The notes below the pieces were generated by a model. That model searched no databases. It was not told where the DNA came from and saw nothing but the letters and a program-made list of their open reading frames with translations. The position numbers were made by a program, and so were the translations under genes. Positions 1 through 13,831 of a stretch of DNA of 40,049 nucleotides are shown one piece after another. Positions within the stretch are counted from its first letter, which is position 1; every line of letters starts with the position of its first letter. The stretch comes from Octopus bimaculoides (Eukaryota), in contig NC_068997.1 of the NCBI RefSeq assembly GCF_001194135.2, positions 7,436,336-7,476,384 of the forward strand, read 5' to 3'.

Positions 1-754
1 ACGCACTTATACACCTATATACACGCGTGTATATGTCCTATGAAATAAGTTGATAAAAGACAATGACGTCGACGGAATATATCAAGTGTCTTTCCTTAAA
101 AATTTTAGCTGCTTATACACACACACACACATAATATTCTATATTTATATATATGTTTACACAGAAACACAAATGTATGTGTATTTACTGCTACAATTAT
201 AGACAGACACATCATACACACAGGCGCGCGCGCTCTCACTCTCGTAATTTTTTTATGGGAAATAAGCGTGGAAGATTGGATCCAAAGACAAAGACGACGG
301 AAGAATTTTATATAAACTGTTTTAATATTTTATTTAGGTTAAAATAATTAAAAATTCTTTAATTATTGAAAATTTATCCGACTGTTGTTTATTAAATCAT
401 TGATGATCGTAGCAGCAGTTTGCATATAAATGAAGATTTATTCATGTTCGTGACTTACGCAAAGGAATAAAGAAGAAACGCGGCGTTTGCTGTCCCCAAT
501 TTCATTATTTTGGTTGCTATTGGAATGCTATTCGTCTTGTAAAGATGTTGGACTCGTGGCTATCTCTGTTAGTTCCACCGAGAAACCCCACCAAAAATAA
601 TTATGTCAACAATAAATATAAAAGAATAATTTATATTTTTCCTTCAAAACAGAACAGGAAAAGAAAAAAAAAACCGAAAACAAATAAAGCAAAACGAAAT
701 CTTGAACTTTTATGGCAAGCAATATTTTCGTATATTATCGATGTTTTAGTGTTC

Positions 755-758
755 TGTG

Positions 759-822
<64 letters not shown>

Positions 823-1243
823 TGTGTGTGAGTATATGCGTGTGTATATGAGATATATATGTATGTGCTAGAGTGTGTGTGTTTCAGCATGTATGCGTGT
901 GTTAGTGTATTTGTATGTATATCTGAATAAGAGTGCATGTGTTAGCATGTGTGTGTTTGTGTGTTTGCGCGTGTGTATGAGTGTTTGTGTGTGTGCGTGT
1001 GTGTGTTTTAGTATCAGTGTGTATGTCAGTGAGATTTTCTCTCCTTCAACCATGGTTTTCTTTCCCCCACCCCCATCTCAGCTTCTACACCACTCACCTT
1101 CTTCCACACCTCATTTTCACCCCACCACCTCGTCATTTGCTTCTCATTCTCTCTTAACCTTCCATTCATTGTTATATATTTCTATACGCGGTTGTATGAA
1201 TACGTTTACAAACTTACTCCTATACACACACACACACACAAAC

Positions 1244-1297
<54 letters not shown>

Positions 1298-1302
1298 ACA
1301 CA
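755..1302. repeat. Compound (TG)n / (CA)n microsatellite region
   Basis: Seen: (TG)n at about 755-830 with degenerate extension to about 1030; (CA)n at about 1223-1302. Confidence 0.95.
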
Positions 1303-2070
1303 TCGAACGAGGAACACGTATGAGATTTCAAAAGAACCAAACGAAACTGAATCGAAAGCTGCAACCATTCATTTTTTACTCCACTAATTCATAGAATGCT
1401 GCAAGGCTTGAGTGCTTTCCTTCAATTTTCATTAATTCCTTCATCCAACACATTCCATTATGTTCTGCTAAAGTAGATTCTTTTTCTTTTTAATCCAGGC
1501 CTACTTTCTATTGCAGCCCTTTGTGACCGTTCCATCGACATTACCATTTCATCTCTAATCTATCACAAACAGATAAGTTGCATAGGTTAAAAAACATAAA
1601 CCACAGTCAATCAGTACAATTATTGTTAGCAACTTTTGCCAAGCTATTTTTACTTGTTTAATTTATACTCTGAACATTCTGGTTAATATAACGGTTGGAA
1701 GAAAAGCTGATCGTTATTCACACTAGTATATATATANNNNNNNNNNNNNNNNNNNNNNNNNNNNNNNNNNNNNNNNNNNNNNNNNNNNNNNNNNNNNNNN
1801 NNNNNNNNNNNNNNNNNNNNNNNNNNNNNNNNNNNNNNNNNNNNNNNNNNNNNNNNNNNNNNNNNNNNNNNNNNNNNNNNNNNNNNNNNNNNNNNNNNNN
1901 NNNNNNNNNNNNNNNNNNNNNNNNNNNNNNNNNNNNNNNNNNNNNNNNNNNNNNNNNNNNNNNNNNNNNNNNNNNNNNNNNNNNNNNNNNNNNNNNNNNN
2001 NNNNNNNNNNNNNNNNNNNNNNNNNNNNNNNNNTATATATATATATATATATATCAATCAATGGCTGTGT

Positions 2071-2120
2071 GGTAAGAAGTTTGCTTCCCAACCACATGGT
2101 TCTGGGTTCAGTTGCACCGA
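2071..2120 (+). mobile_element. SINE family B head fragment
   Basis: Seen: atggctgtgtggtaagaagtttgcttcccaaccacatggttctgggttcagtt. A similar head-only fragment lies at about 20735-20805, partial minus-strand pieces at about 9090-9190 and 14394-14445, and a tail fragment at 29872-29910. Confidence 0.75.
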
Positions 2121-2299
2121 ATAAAAGAATATATATATATATATGAAAATTATATATAACAAGAGCAATTATATATAACAAGTCCCAGCTTTGCTAAAAA
2201 TAGGAGTCAAAAATACTCTGAAGCCACAAGAACTGAAACTAAATTTTTACACGCATGGTTGGAAAAAAGAACTAAGTGAATAAAGATTACGTCTTATCT

Positions 2300-2975
2300 C
2301 TGCCGAATTGGGGGTGGGGTGGTATCAATGAAGAGAGGAGGTAGGTAGGTAGATAGGAGTGAAGTGAGGAAATAAGTGTCAGAAGAAGAGAGGAGGGGAG
2401 TTGAGCCCATGTGGTGCAAAGGAGAGAAGAGAAAAGATTAATCTCTGTTCACGGTGAAGGTGGGAGTTCGGACGATACCTGTGCAAAGACAGTCCAAACA
2501 CAGACAGAAGTTGTAGTGGATGACCGGTATAGCAGAAATGGAGCGAGACCGGGGTGTCATTGCCGAGTCTGATGCCTCGGAGGTACTCTACGAACTGATG
2601 TACAGGGAAGAGCAGAAAGAGCAGAACATGCAGAAGATGACGTTACTAGAAGTACAGGTAAAGGAGTCCGTGATGTGATTGGGACGATGATGGGTGCCTG
2701 TGAGGATGGTGGTGTTGGAGAGGTAGGGGTTGGTACGGCAGTGTGGGCGGGAACAGGGGAACGAGCCATATTGGGAGGTGGGGGTAAGGGAAGAAACTGT
2801 GGCCCAAGGGGTTACGCAGGTTATGGGTTCGTTTGAAGGAGGAAAGGGGTAGGTTGGGGAAGATGTGCGAAGTTGAGGGGTCGGACTGGAGTCGCCGGAA
2901 GGGTCGGACAATGGTGCATTGGAGGGGTGGTAGGTGAGGGGAAACGGAAGGCGGGCAACGGTGGGGCGATGCATT
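2300..2975 (-). mobile_element. Penelope-like retroelement 3' fragment (linker plus GIY-YIG endonuclease), degenerate
   Basis: Seen, across frameshifts: RLPFPLTYHPSN; RRLQSDPSTSHIFPNLPLSSFKRTHNLRNPLGHS; FPCSRPHCRTNP...ITDSFTCTSSNVIFCMFCSFCSSLYI; then FVEYLRGIRLGNDTPVSLHF...EQRLIFSLLSFAPHGLNSPPLFF-stop (2379-2381), followed by a pyrimidine-rich 3' UTR. Established: FTCTSSNVIY-CxxC-LYIG and EQRLIFxLxxxxPxGLN are typical of Penelope-like GIY-YIG domains. A deletion after LYI removes the GxT...R segment. Confidence 0.85.
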
Positions 2976-3087
2976 TATCAGAATGTTTGTCTATACATAC
3001 ACATTCGTACATACACATTTATACATACATAAATACATGCATACATAGGTACACATACTTACATATATATATATATGTGTGTGAGTG

Positions 3088-3122
<35 letters not shown>

Positions 3123-3346
3123 NNNNNNNNNNNNNNNNNNNNNNNNNNNNNNNNNNNNNNNNNNNNNNNNNNNNNNNNNNNNNNNNNNNNNNNNNNNNNN
3201 NNNNNNNNNNNNNNNNNNNNNNNNNNNNNNNNNNNNNNNNNNNNNNNNNNNNNNNNNNNNNNNNNNNNNNNNNNNNNNNNNNNNNNNNNNNNNNNNNNNN
3301 NNNNNNNNNNNNNNNNNNNNNNNNNNNNNNNNNNNNNNNNNNNNNN

Positions 3347-3397
<51 letters not shown>

Positions 3398-4321
3398 CTG
3401 CATCCTTTCTACACACATGCTTGCAAACAGCCTTATGATAACTAGTAAATGTTTCTGTACATTTGTGTCGCTATTTTTAGAGAATAAATCTTCGGTCAGG
3501 CACTTGATATAGAGTTGATATTTACATTGAGTTATTTTCTTATTTTTTAACAAAATTTTATATTTATTTCTACCTCAACTGTTTTTCTTTTCCTTTTGAT
3601 TTCATCAGTTTTCTATGTTTTACGAGAATTAAGTTACAGAGTGAGTTTCACCGGCGAAATTAAGTAAACGACGATTTATTTTGTTTAATGTCGGTTTGTT
3701 CCACGTCAAAGTCAACACACGCCATCGCACTCAGCTACATACGTATGCATGTATGTGTATGTGTGTATGCATGCATGTGTATGTATGTATATGTGTCTGT
3801 GTATGTATGTATATGTGTCTGTGTATGTATGTATATATGTATGTATGTGTGTCTGTGTATGTGTGTATGTATGTTTTTTTGAGACTCGTTTATGGTATTT
3901 TTCTTTTGTAGAATTCAATCCGATCAAAACAAAGCGACAAGGTTCTTTTGTTTAAACCAAGAAAGCTCTTGTGGTTAACAGATCTGTGAGTTACACAGTG
4001 TGTACATATATGCATGTATATAAGCTAGCACACGCGTAGTTGATGTGTATGTCGCTTATGTAACTGCAAGTGCATATCACTGAAAGGCTGAAATGCACCA
4101 GATTTCTTTATTTAGATAATACGAACATTTATTCACACCAAAGATAACGAAGCACAATTGAAATAGCCGAAACTTGGACGTAGATACAGAAAATACATTC
4201 GCAAACAATAGCTGTCCAATGGCTGTCCAATTTGATTGTACACCTTGACGTTGACGTATGTATGGTGAATAACTGTTCAAGTGGTTGTGCTTTAAACATT
4301 ACTACATAAATATCTGTACTC

Positions 4322-4342
4322 ATATATATATATATCGTATAC

Positions 4343-4398
<56 letters not shown>
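4322..4398. repeat. (TA)n microsatellite
   Basis: Seen directly. Confidence 0.95.
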
Positions 4399-4401
<3 letters not shown>

Positions 4402-5834
4402 TGTATGTAAATTATGTATGTATGTATTCGATTTGCATCTGGTTTGTAAGATTCTTGATGTTAATTCGCGTGTTGAAACAACTCTTACCGTTTCTTGGGA
4501 GGGTCTTTAGGCTTATAATAATAACACACACTGGTTCCATATCACTTCTTTATTGCTAGTCAATTGGTTAAATATCCCACTAAAGTAATCGAGCGTTTGT
4601 TTTGATGTATTGGTTAAACAATCGATCGGTTGTTTGTTTGTCAAAGTCCTTTCATCGCTATTCGCGACCTCATCAATGATATGCCCCCTCCTTCCACAGT
4701 ATGCCTTGTATGCGTTTGTCTGTGTGTTTGTCTGTGTGTTTGTTTGTGTGTTTGTCCGTGTGTTTGTTTGGTATCATTAGCACCGACTTTCACTTACAGC
4801 ATCCTAATCATTTGCATATTGCCTCCCCTGATGTAGCTTTCCCATAAACCACTTTAATTATACAGTAATAACCACTCTAATTAGCCTTACTTTGCGTATG
4901 ATGCGTTACTATATATAGCATATACTCAAGGATATTTACGAACGTCGTCAAATGTTTCTAAATGCTATCAGATTAGTCTAGAATAGTTAGAAATGTTGCT
5001 TAAAAAATATCGTTACACCCTAATCAAATGTGTTTCAAAATTCTAAAATTGCTTTCGTTCATGACACGTTAGAATATCTGTGACGATCACATCTCAGTTT
5101 ATACTTATTGATACAAGAACCTTCTCCTTTAGCTGTTATTTTCAGCCAGACGAGTAAGTGGCCCGTGTGAAAGGCTGGTCGGCCGCATCTTAAATGGTTT
5201 GTATTCCACTTTACTAGTTTACACGTCACGAAGTCTCTTTATTTCAACAACAACAAAAAAATCTGTGTCGTTTGATTCGATGAATGGCGGGCATGCTTCT
5301 CGCATCAAATACATTAACAAGATATGCAAAATGGGGGGGGGGAGGGGGAGAGGCGGGAAGCTTGAGTTAGAAATCAGGAATCAGGAATTAGCAATGATAA
5401 TCAAAAGACAGAAACAGCTTGTCGCCAGCTTGTTAACACTCAGCTCTGCTGTATTCACAACAAGCAGCCGTAACTAACAACGTAAACAGCAGAAGTATTA
5501 GCAGAGAACGAGGGAGTCATTTAAAAGTCACCAAATAAACACTAAAAACTCTTCATCCATTATTGATTTAACACAGTCTTACGACCAACATCAAACAGTC
5601 GCACTTTCATTGATTCAATGATTAGTTATTGCACGGCGACCGGTAATTTATACAATGTCTATTTGCGCGATGGCTATTGGATATTGACACAATCACTCTA
5701 CACAAAATGGCCGTTGACACAATGACTGTATACTTATTAGCTATACACACGATGATTATAAATATGTAACATGGATTATTTACACATGCACACAGATACA
5801 CAGACACTCTCATAGACTCTCATAACATACATAG

Positions 5835-5891
5835 ATGTATGTATGTATGTATGTATGTATGTATGTATGTATGTATGTATGTATGTATGTA
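5835..5891. repeat. (ATGT)n microsatellite
   Basis: Seen directly. Confidence 0.95.
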
Positions 5892-6290
5892 TAAATATGT
5901 TAATTATTAGTCACGGAAGCAGTATTAATACCAAGAGGTAATTTTTATACCCAACTTAAGATGGATGCCTTGTTAGAACAACGAACACTGCGTTGTTAGT
6001 CTTGAACGACTAACAACGTCTCATTTAGGCGTTTGGTGCATATATATATATATANNNNNNNNNNNNNNNNNNNNNNNNNNNNNNNNNNNNNNNNNNNNNN
6101 NNNNNNNNNNNNNNNNNNNNNNNNNNNNNNNNNNNNNNNNNNNNNNNNNNNNNNNNNNNNNNNNNNNNNNNNNNNNNNNNNNNNNNNNNNNNNNNNNNNN
6201 NNNNNNNNNNNNNNNNNNNNNNNNNNNNNNNNNNNNNNNNNNNNNNNNNNNNNNNNNNNNNNNNNNNNNNNNNNNNNNNNNNNNNNNNNN

Positions 6291-6324
<34 letters not shown>

Positions 6325-6365
6325 GAACAAACTTATATTTGCTTTTATTAGAAGTGTATAAGAAG

Positions 6366-7258
6366 TACGATACCAAAAGTAACTGGAAACGTTTTCTGTA
6401 GGACAAGCCCGTCGTAGTCCGGGCTTCCACCGCTAAAAGTCACTTGATGCGATCCTCAGGAATCAGTCTGCCGACCGGCGGCGTCCTGTTTGGCCCTACT
6501 ATCACGTGGTGCTTATTTGTTTTGTGGTGTTTATCCCCAGTTCGTCGATTTTTGCGATGGCTGATACGAAAGAACAGCATACTTCCTTGAGATTCTGTTT
6601 TTTGCTGGGGAAAACGGCGGCCGAAACAGTTGTCATGCTTCAAACAGCTTACAACGACGCTGCTATGTGCAAAATACAAGTTTATGAGTGATTTCCATGC
6701 TTTAGTAAAGGTTACTTGTCGCTTGAAGACCATTCCCATTCGGGACAACCGTCGATCTCCCGAACGAATGAAAACATCATGAAAATTCATAAACTGATCT
6801 TGGAGGACCGTCACCGAACAATTGATGAACTTGTTGATACAATTGGCATGTCCTGGAGCTCCTACCAATGAATTTTAAGTGAGGAATTTCGAATGAAAAG
6901 AGTTGCATTAAAATTTGTGCCTCGCTTGCTCACAGAAGATCAAAAGTAGTCACGACTAAATGCGAGTTGTGAACTGAAAGAACAGTTGGAAGTTGATCCG
7001 GACCATTTTTCGAATGTCATCACTGGTGATGAAAGCTGGTGTTGAGGAATTTGCAGATGTGGAAGAGAGGAAGAGAAAAACGACGTTAACAGGTAAACAC
7101 TTGGCATGAATTTCAGCTTCGAACAGTGGAAAACGCGCCTGGACCAACGCATTGCTTCAAATGGAGAGCACTTTGAAGATGATAAAAGTGTAAATATGTA
7201 AAATTAAGTGACTAAAATAACATTGCAAAGTTCCGGTTTCTTTTTATTTCCCCTCGTA
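6366..7258 (+). mobile_element. Mariner (Tc1/mariner, DD34D-type) element, internally deleted, non-autonomous
   Basis: Seen: single-frame pseudogene 6557-7042, MADTKEQHTSLRFCFLLGKTAAET...KFVPRLLTEDQK...VITGDESWC, with three in-frame stops. It then jumps to C-terminal remnants (EEFADVEE; FEQWKTRLDQRIASNGEHFE, stop 7199-7201). Degenerate TIRs: left tacga-taccaaaagtaactggaa at 6366; right end reverse complement tacgaggggaaataaaaagaaaccggaa, with TA at 7257-7258. Confidence 0.9.
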
Positions 7259-8283
7259 CACACACACACTCACACACACACAAACACACACACACACANN
7301 NNNNNNNNNNNNNNNNNNNNNNNNNNNNNNNNNNNNNNNNNNNNNNNNNNNNNNNNNNNNNNNNNNNNNNNNNNNNNNNNNNNNNNNNNNNNNNNNNNNN
7401 NNNNNNNNNNNNNNNNNNNNNNNNNNNNNNNNNNNNNNNNNNNNNNNNNNNNNNNNNNNNNNNNNNNNNNNNNNNNNNNNNNNNNNNNNNNNNNNNNNNN
7501 NNNNNNNNNNNNNNNNNNNNNNNNNNNNNNNNNNNNNNNNNNNNNNNNNNNNNNNNNNNNNNNNNNNNNNNNNNNNNNNNNNNNNNNNNNNNNNNNNNNN
7601 NNNNNNNNNNNNNNNNNNNNNNNNNNNNNNNNNNNNNNNNNNNNNNNNNNNNNNNNNNNNNNNNNNNNNNNNNNNNNNNNNNNNNNNNNNNNNNNNNNNN
7701 NNNNNNNNNNNNNNNNNNNNNNNNNNNNNNNNNNNNNNNNNNNNNNNNNNNNNNNNNNNNNNNNNNNNNNNNNNNNNNNNNNNNNNNNNNNNNNNNNNNN
7801 NNNNNNNNNNNNNNNNNNNNNNNNNNNNNNNNNNNNNNNNNNNNNNNNNNNNNNNNNNNNNNNNNNNNNNNNNNNNNNNNNNNNNNNNNNNNNNNNNNNN
7901 NNNNNNNNNNNNNNNNNNNNNNNNNNNNNNNNNNNNNNNNNNNNNNNNNNNNNNNNNNNNNNNNNNNNNNNNNNNNNNNNNNNNNNNNNNNNNNNNNNNN
8001 NNNNNNNNNNNNNNNNNNNNNNNNNNNNNNNNNNNNNNNNNNNNNNNNNNNNNNNNNNNNNNNNNNNNNNNNNNNNNNNNNNNNNNNNNNNNNNNNNNNN
8101 NNNNNNNNNNNNNNNNNNNNNNNNNNNNNNNNNNNNNNNNNNNNNGGGGAAAAAGAAAGGAAGCAAAACAGATTGAAATCTGGTGCAGGTCGATTGTTGA
8201 CCAGGTCGTGGCGAGTGACTCCACAAATCTTGATTTGTTGCAGTTTATTGATATCTTTATTCCTCACCACAAGTATTCAATAC

Positions 8284-8331
<48 letters not shown>

Positions 8332-9548
8332 TTGTATATTTGATATACATCCTCAGAACAAACATTTACGCATTATAAACTAAACAAATCCCTTGGCATG
8401 ATTTTATATTTGCATTCACTTACACACACATATATGTATATGCATATATACACACTCACATACACACAAACACACACACATACATATTACATATATATTT
8501 ATATATGTATTACATATATATATATATNNNNNNNNNNATATATATATATATTTTATATATATTTATATATACGCATACATATATAAAGTACATATGTATA
8601 TATTTGTGTGTATATACATACATATATATTTATATACATACATACATACACACACACACACATACACACGTATGCGTTGTTTTTATTCATATCGTAGTTT
8701 TAGGTCTTTGGATCGCAGCCATGTTGAGGCCCCGCGACGATGGTCGATTACATCGACCCACTATTTATGAATGTATTTATGAATGGCAATATTTACCGTT
8801 GGGTGGGAAAGGACGTAAATAGATACAAGTCAGTGACTAAATACCACAAGGTATTTTTGTTCGATGCACCGAATTTGCACAAATATAATAAGTAAATGAA
8901 CTTTTGACGGCTTTGACACCGAGTGTTCAGTTACAAACTCAACTAAGGCACGAGGATCATTCAACCAACGTGTAAACGGCTGAGTATTCCAAGAAGCACC
9001 TTTAAAGCAGTTCTCACGCAGAATCAGTGTGATCTGTATGGCAAAGCTGAAATTTCCAATTACAGATACAGTCCAGCCAACGGACTTCCTCACAGTTTCC
9101 GTTCATTTTCACTCACAGGCACTGGGACGATTCGAGGCTATAATAAGTGGCCCTGTCTCAAGATGCCGTGCTGTGTGCCGTTCATTAATTTTCATTGATA
9201 GGTTATTGATGAGCGAAAGGCTGCAAGAGAAAACGCTTGTCCAAAGTGCTGCCTAAAGAAATCGATCCCGTTAACACACGATTGGGAATCAAACTATTTA
9301 AACACATACCTATAAACATTCAAACCATTTGGCAAAATAGTGTAAATATGAAGACGTATACGTAAATGCCGACATACACTTACATACGCTCATACAGACA
9401 AACATAAAAGAGCGTACGTGAGTATATATATATATATATATATATATGTAGATCTTTCTATATATGTATACGTACACATACATACACACACATGCATGCA
9501 CACACACACACACACACATATGTATATATGTGTCAGTGTTTGTATGTG

Positions 9549-9586
<38 letters not shown>

Positions 9587-9929
9587 GATCTTTGTATATA
9601 TGGATACATACACTCGTCCTCTCTGTACGTCATTAACCAAACAAATTTCTCGGCAGAAATACTGCAAACAGTTTAAACAGTTCCAACTATGTTAAAAACA
9701 AATATTGTTTTTGTTTGTTTTCATTTATTGACTCAGTTATCGTCCAACCTGCTACCTTTGTATTCATATTAAAAACCATTTCCTACAACCCGTCCAACGC
9801 GATTAAGATTATATGTCCGTACATTGTCTATTACAGAATTCTCAATGTTTCCTCTTAGAGACAAGTGGTTGTAGAGATGACAGATATACAAACACTTCGC
9901 TTGCCACTCACATCTTTCTTTTTCAATTA

Positions 9930-10310
9930 TATTCTTCTTACGCTAACAGCAATGTCTTCATAGAAGACGTGAATGGTCACAGCAGCTTGTTTATTCCCAC
10001 CTTTCCCATTTCTAAGCTCGAGATTTTCTAATTACAAGTCTTTTACAGCTTGCACTAATCCTGCTATGAATGTCGCTTGGTGATGGACAAGTTCCGCCTA
10101 CACGAACCAATGTGACGGCCTTCTCTTCAGTTGCTGTCTGCTTGAAAGCGCAGCATTTTTTTTTCTTCACTTTAAACTCTTTTGCCTTAAATGTAAAGGA
10201 TACTTTCCTCAATGTACCCTTTGGTCTACAGAAGAGTCCGCTTCAGAGATATTGACACCTGCAAATTCCTAACAGCTGCTTAGAAGCTTCCATAGAAATG
10301 CCTGTCAGAA
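9930..10310 (-). mobile_element. Possible piggyBac transposase remnant
   Basis: Seen in shifting frames: DRHFYGS, GTLRK, KAVTLV, MGKVGINKLL, in the same order as the piggyBac motifs DNFYTS, GTLRxN, DKRxVxLLST, MGGVDxxDQLL. Highly degenerate; inference only. Confidence 0.3.
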
Positions 10311-11513
10311 GAAAAGAGAGACTGAAAAATCTGATAGCTTTTGAGTGTTGTCTGGGTATCTGCAGTAATTATGAATGCATTAAATAAATATTTAAAAACA
10401 TTTTATGGGATCTGCGGTGGACTGCCTGAGAAGTATTTATTTTCTGATGACACTCCATGCGATTTTAGGATTGCTGGACTAGAAAAACACAATAAAAATG
10501 TGGAGGAGAATCGGAGAACTCTCTGTGCGCCAGAAGTAAAATAAATAAAGGGAAGAAGAAATAAAAGATGATGCCAAAGAATGTTTTCCGCAAACCTGAG
10601 GATAATTGACAGGAAGTGTAGCCTCGGAGTCAGACTCGTTAGATGAAGTCATATTTTGAAGGTTGTGCTTGTGCTCTCAAAAAAAAACCAAAAAAACCAA
10701 AAAAAACCCCAAAAAAAAAACCAGGCGATAATTACAATATATTCAGAGGAAAAAAGGTGACAATGAAGCCCCTTTTTGCTATCGAAAGTTTTGATTATAT
10801 CACATTTCTGTAGAAGATTTTCCACATGCGACTATACCCCCCAAAATATCATTAAAACACAACCTTCTAATGAAGCGTGAGCATGCTGCTAAAACAATAT
10901 ACAATGCTGCTCGCCTAGAATCCTAAACATATTTCCGTTGTTGGATATATGCACTTCAACATGAGAAATATTTCTGGAACATTCCCAAGAAAACTTCTGC
11001 CAAATATAAGAGGTCGGATATATTTCCAGGACAGAAAAGAAGAACAAAGTATACACAGCTGAAGATGTCAGCCGCGTTACACATGTAAACATTGCTCACA
11101 TCAGCAACAAAAGGAATATTTACGGGAACTGCTTCTAAACCTATAGAGTCTCCATATCACAATATATATATATATTCATATTTATAAATGAAATTTTGCT
11201 GATTTTGGCAAAGTCAGTGGGTAGAAATATTGAAATAGTAGTGCGTTTCAGAAAGGTAAAGTGATCAGCTAACAGCCATTTGCAAATACAATCTGCAAAG
11301 CAAGGGTAAAAATATGCAATACTTTTTAGACTCTTCACCGTTGTTCTTAGTTCAATTCCAGGGATGGAGGTGTTTCTTGTTTAGAAATCATCACCTTTTT
11401 TGAAAAGAATTCAAATCATTAAAAGCAAAACGATCGATAAATATATACATATATACGCATATACACAAATGCATACATGTCTACATATATATGTATGTGT
11501 GTATGTCATTGTT

Positions 11514-11598
11514 CAGTTTTATTTCAAGATTTCTTGCCAATGGAGAAAGAGTCGGTTTCTAACCTAGATTCAAGGCTCCTTCATTGGAATTACAACAA
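11514..11598 (+). repeat. ~85-bp dispersed repeat, copy 1
   Basis: Seen: cagttttatttcaagatttcttgccaatggagaaagagtcggtttctaacctagattcaaggctccttcattggaatt; about 7 mismatches to 21866-21949. Confidence 0.85.
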
Positions 11599-11728
11599 CA
11601 GGGTATTTTTGTTTGTTTGTATGTATGTATGTATGTATGTATGTACGAATTTTCAATCTAATGAAACATTCACATATGTGGTTTGTAAAATGCTCCAATC
11701 TCCGATACATTTCCTCATCATCATCATT

Positions 11729-11780
<52 letters not shown>

Positions 11781-12610
11781 NNNNNNNNNNNNNNNNNNNN
11801 NNNNNNNNNNNNNNNNNNNNNNNNNNNNNNNNNNNNNNNNNNNNNNNNNNNNNNNNNNNNNNNNNNNNNNNNNNNNNNNNNNNNNNNNNNNNNNNNNNNN
11901 NNNNNNNNNNNNNNNNNNNNNNNNNNNNNNAAATCTCATTCTTTTCGTTAACTTGTTCCTAAAAATTTAATACGTTTTCTTTTAAAATTATTTCTCTTCT
12001 CAAACACACACGCACGCACGCACGCACGCACACGCACGCACACACACACACACACGCACACACACACACTCGTGGGATATAAACTAACTTTTTGTATCTT
12101 TTTCCCTCTCATGCACATAAAGATACTCTTTTTTCTCTCACTCACATAAGCATACACTTTCTATCTCCTTTTCACCCCCCCACATGTACACTATCCATTA
12201 TTTTTCTTGTAGTTTTTACACTTTCCCCCTTTATTTCTGAAGAAACGCTTAATCACAAGTTGAACGGTATCATTGGTAGCTGAGACTCCATTTTGAATTC
12301 GACCGGAAGCCAAGTATGTGCAAAAGGAAAGATTTTGTATCAAGCCAGCTATGGAGCGTCCATTTAGACTGTGTAGCAATTATTTCTGGAGGAATCACTT
12401 ACAAGCGTTTCCTAGTTTCATTGCTTCATTTTTTACACTTCAGTAATTTTATTACTGTGGCGACTGAGAGACTGAAAAGCAATTTCTGTTCGGTACTGTT
12501 GGCATATCAAGCATCAGTTACAATAACACCATTTTTACAATGTTAAGACTAACAACAACAGCAACAACAACAACAAAACCACCACCACCACCATCAACAA
12601 CAACAACAAC

Positions 12611-13177
12611 AACAACTGCAGAATATGTGGTGATGGGAAACAAACAATAAATCATATTGTCGCTGACTGCCCAGAGACAATATAGGTATTTATCCACAGA
12701 CATGACAGAGTTGGAACCTATATACACTGGAAGCTATGCTAATACTATGGAATGACAGCAAAAAAAAGATGGTATAGGCACGCCCCAGAAAAGGATATGC
12801 CAATACGCACAGATAGAGAAATCAAGGCTAATAGTTGTCAGAGATCGATGTATCAATATTAACAAATGACAATGTATTTCTAAAAGAAACAGAGAAACAC
12901 ATAAAATACAAAGATCTGGAAATAGAGGTAGCCCGGATGGGGATAAAAAGAAACGGAAACACTCCTTATAGTAATAGGCGCATTAGGTATAATTAAAAAA
13001 ACATTCAAACAAATACATAAGTAAAGCCTCAGGACTTACGAATGTATATAACATACAGAAAATAGCACTACTGGGCACCGCGCACATCTAACGTAAGACA
13101 ATTTCAATTCAGTGAAAATAAGTCACACCACACACCCAAACACATACCCAAGGCATACAGAGCTTCTCTCAGTAGTG
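12611..13177 (+). mobile_element. R4/Dong-type non-LTR retrotransposon 3' fragment (CCHC knuckle plus REL endonuclease), copy 1
   Basis: Seen: CRICGDGKQTINHIVADC (C-x2-C-x8-H-x4-C), HRHDRVGTYIHWKLC, WYRHAPEK, DMPIRTDREIKAN, IDVSI, KYKDLEIEVARM, IGALG, QKIALLGTAHI, with stops and small deletions. Established: these motifs define the C-terminal restriction-enzyme-like endonuclease of R2-group (R4/Dong) elements. Clade assignment is by motif recall. Confidence 0.85.
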
Positions 13178-13831
13178 TATATGTGTATATATAAGTATAT
13201 ACACAAATATGTTTGTGTGCATGCATATTTGTATGCATATACGTATGTTTTTATGTATGCATTTCTGTTTGTGTGTGCAATTTATATTCGTGTAATAACT
13301 GTGTGCTTACCTTAATGTATGAATCTGTGTAAGCCTGTCTGTCCGCATGTTTCACAGACACACATGCAAGTATTGTCTATTTTTCCTCATCATAGATTTC
13401 CGTTTCGATTTAACAAGACAGCAGTCGGACACTGAGTGAATTCAGTGACAAAGCTTATTCCGGTGGACAATCATTAAGACGCGATAAAAGCTGAACTTCT
13501 GAAATGTTTCGCACATTTTGACATTCTTCCTGACAGATTGAAGCTGTAATGTGTAAATCAATCGATACAATTCAATTTACGTAAAATCCAGCATTTCAAA
13601 ATTGTCAACACCTTCCTATAATCTAGCTGCCTACACAAGTAACGATTTTACCCATTATTTATTTATTTATTTATCTATTTATTTATCTATTTATTTATCT
13701 TACATCACAAATAGTGAACAATAGCGTCGTTATTCATAGGTTTACTAGACGATCACTAGTATATTGCCTTTCAGCATAGCGAGGGTAACAAGGGAGTATG
13801 TGTAATTCTATCCAGAACAAATATCATCAAG

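Noticed and set aside
1098-1181. Other minus-strand exon candidates (1098-1181 with AAG|GTGAGT; about 460-540; 13311 donor; 25348-25373)
   Set aside because: Donors are good but acceptors lack polypyrimidine tracts; such sites are expected by chance in 40 kb.
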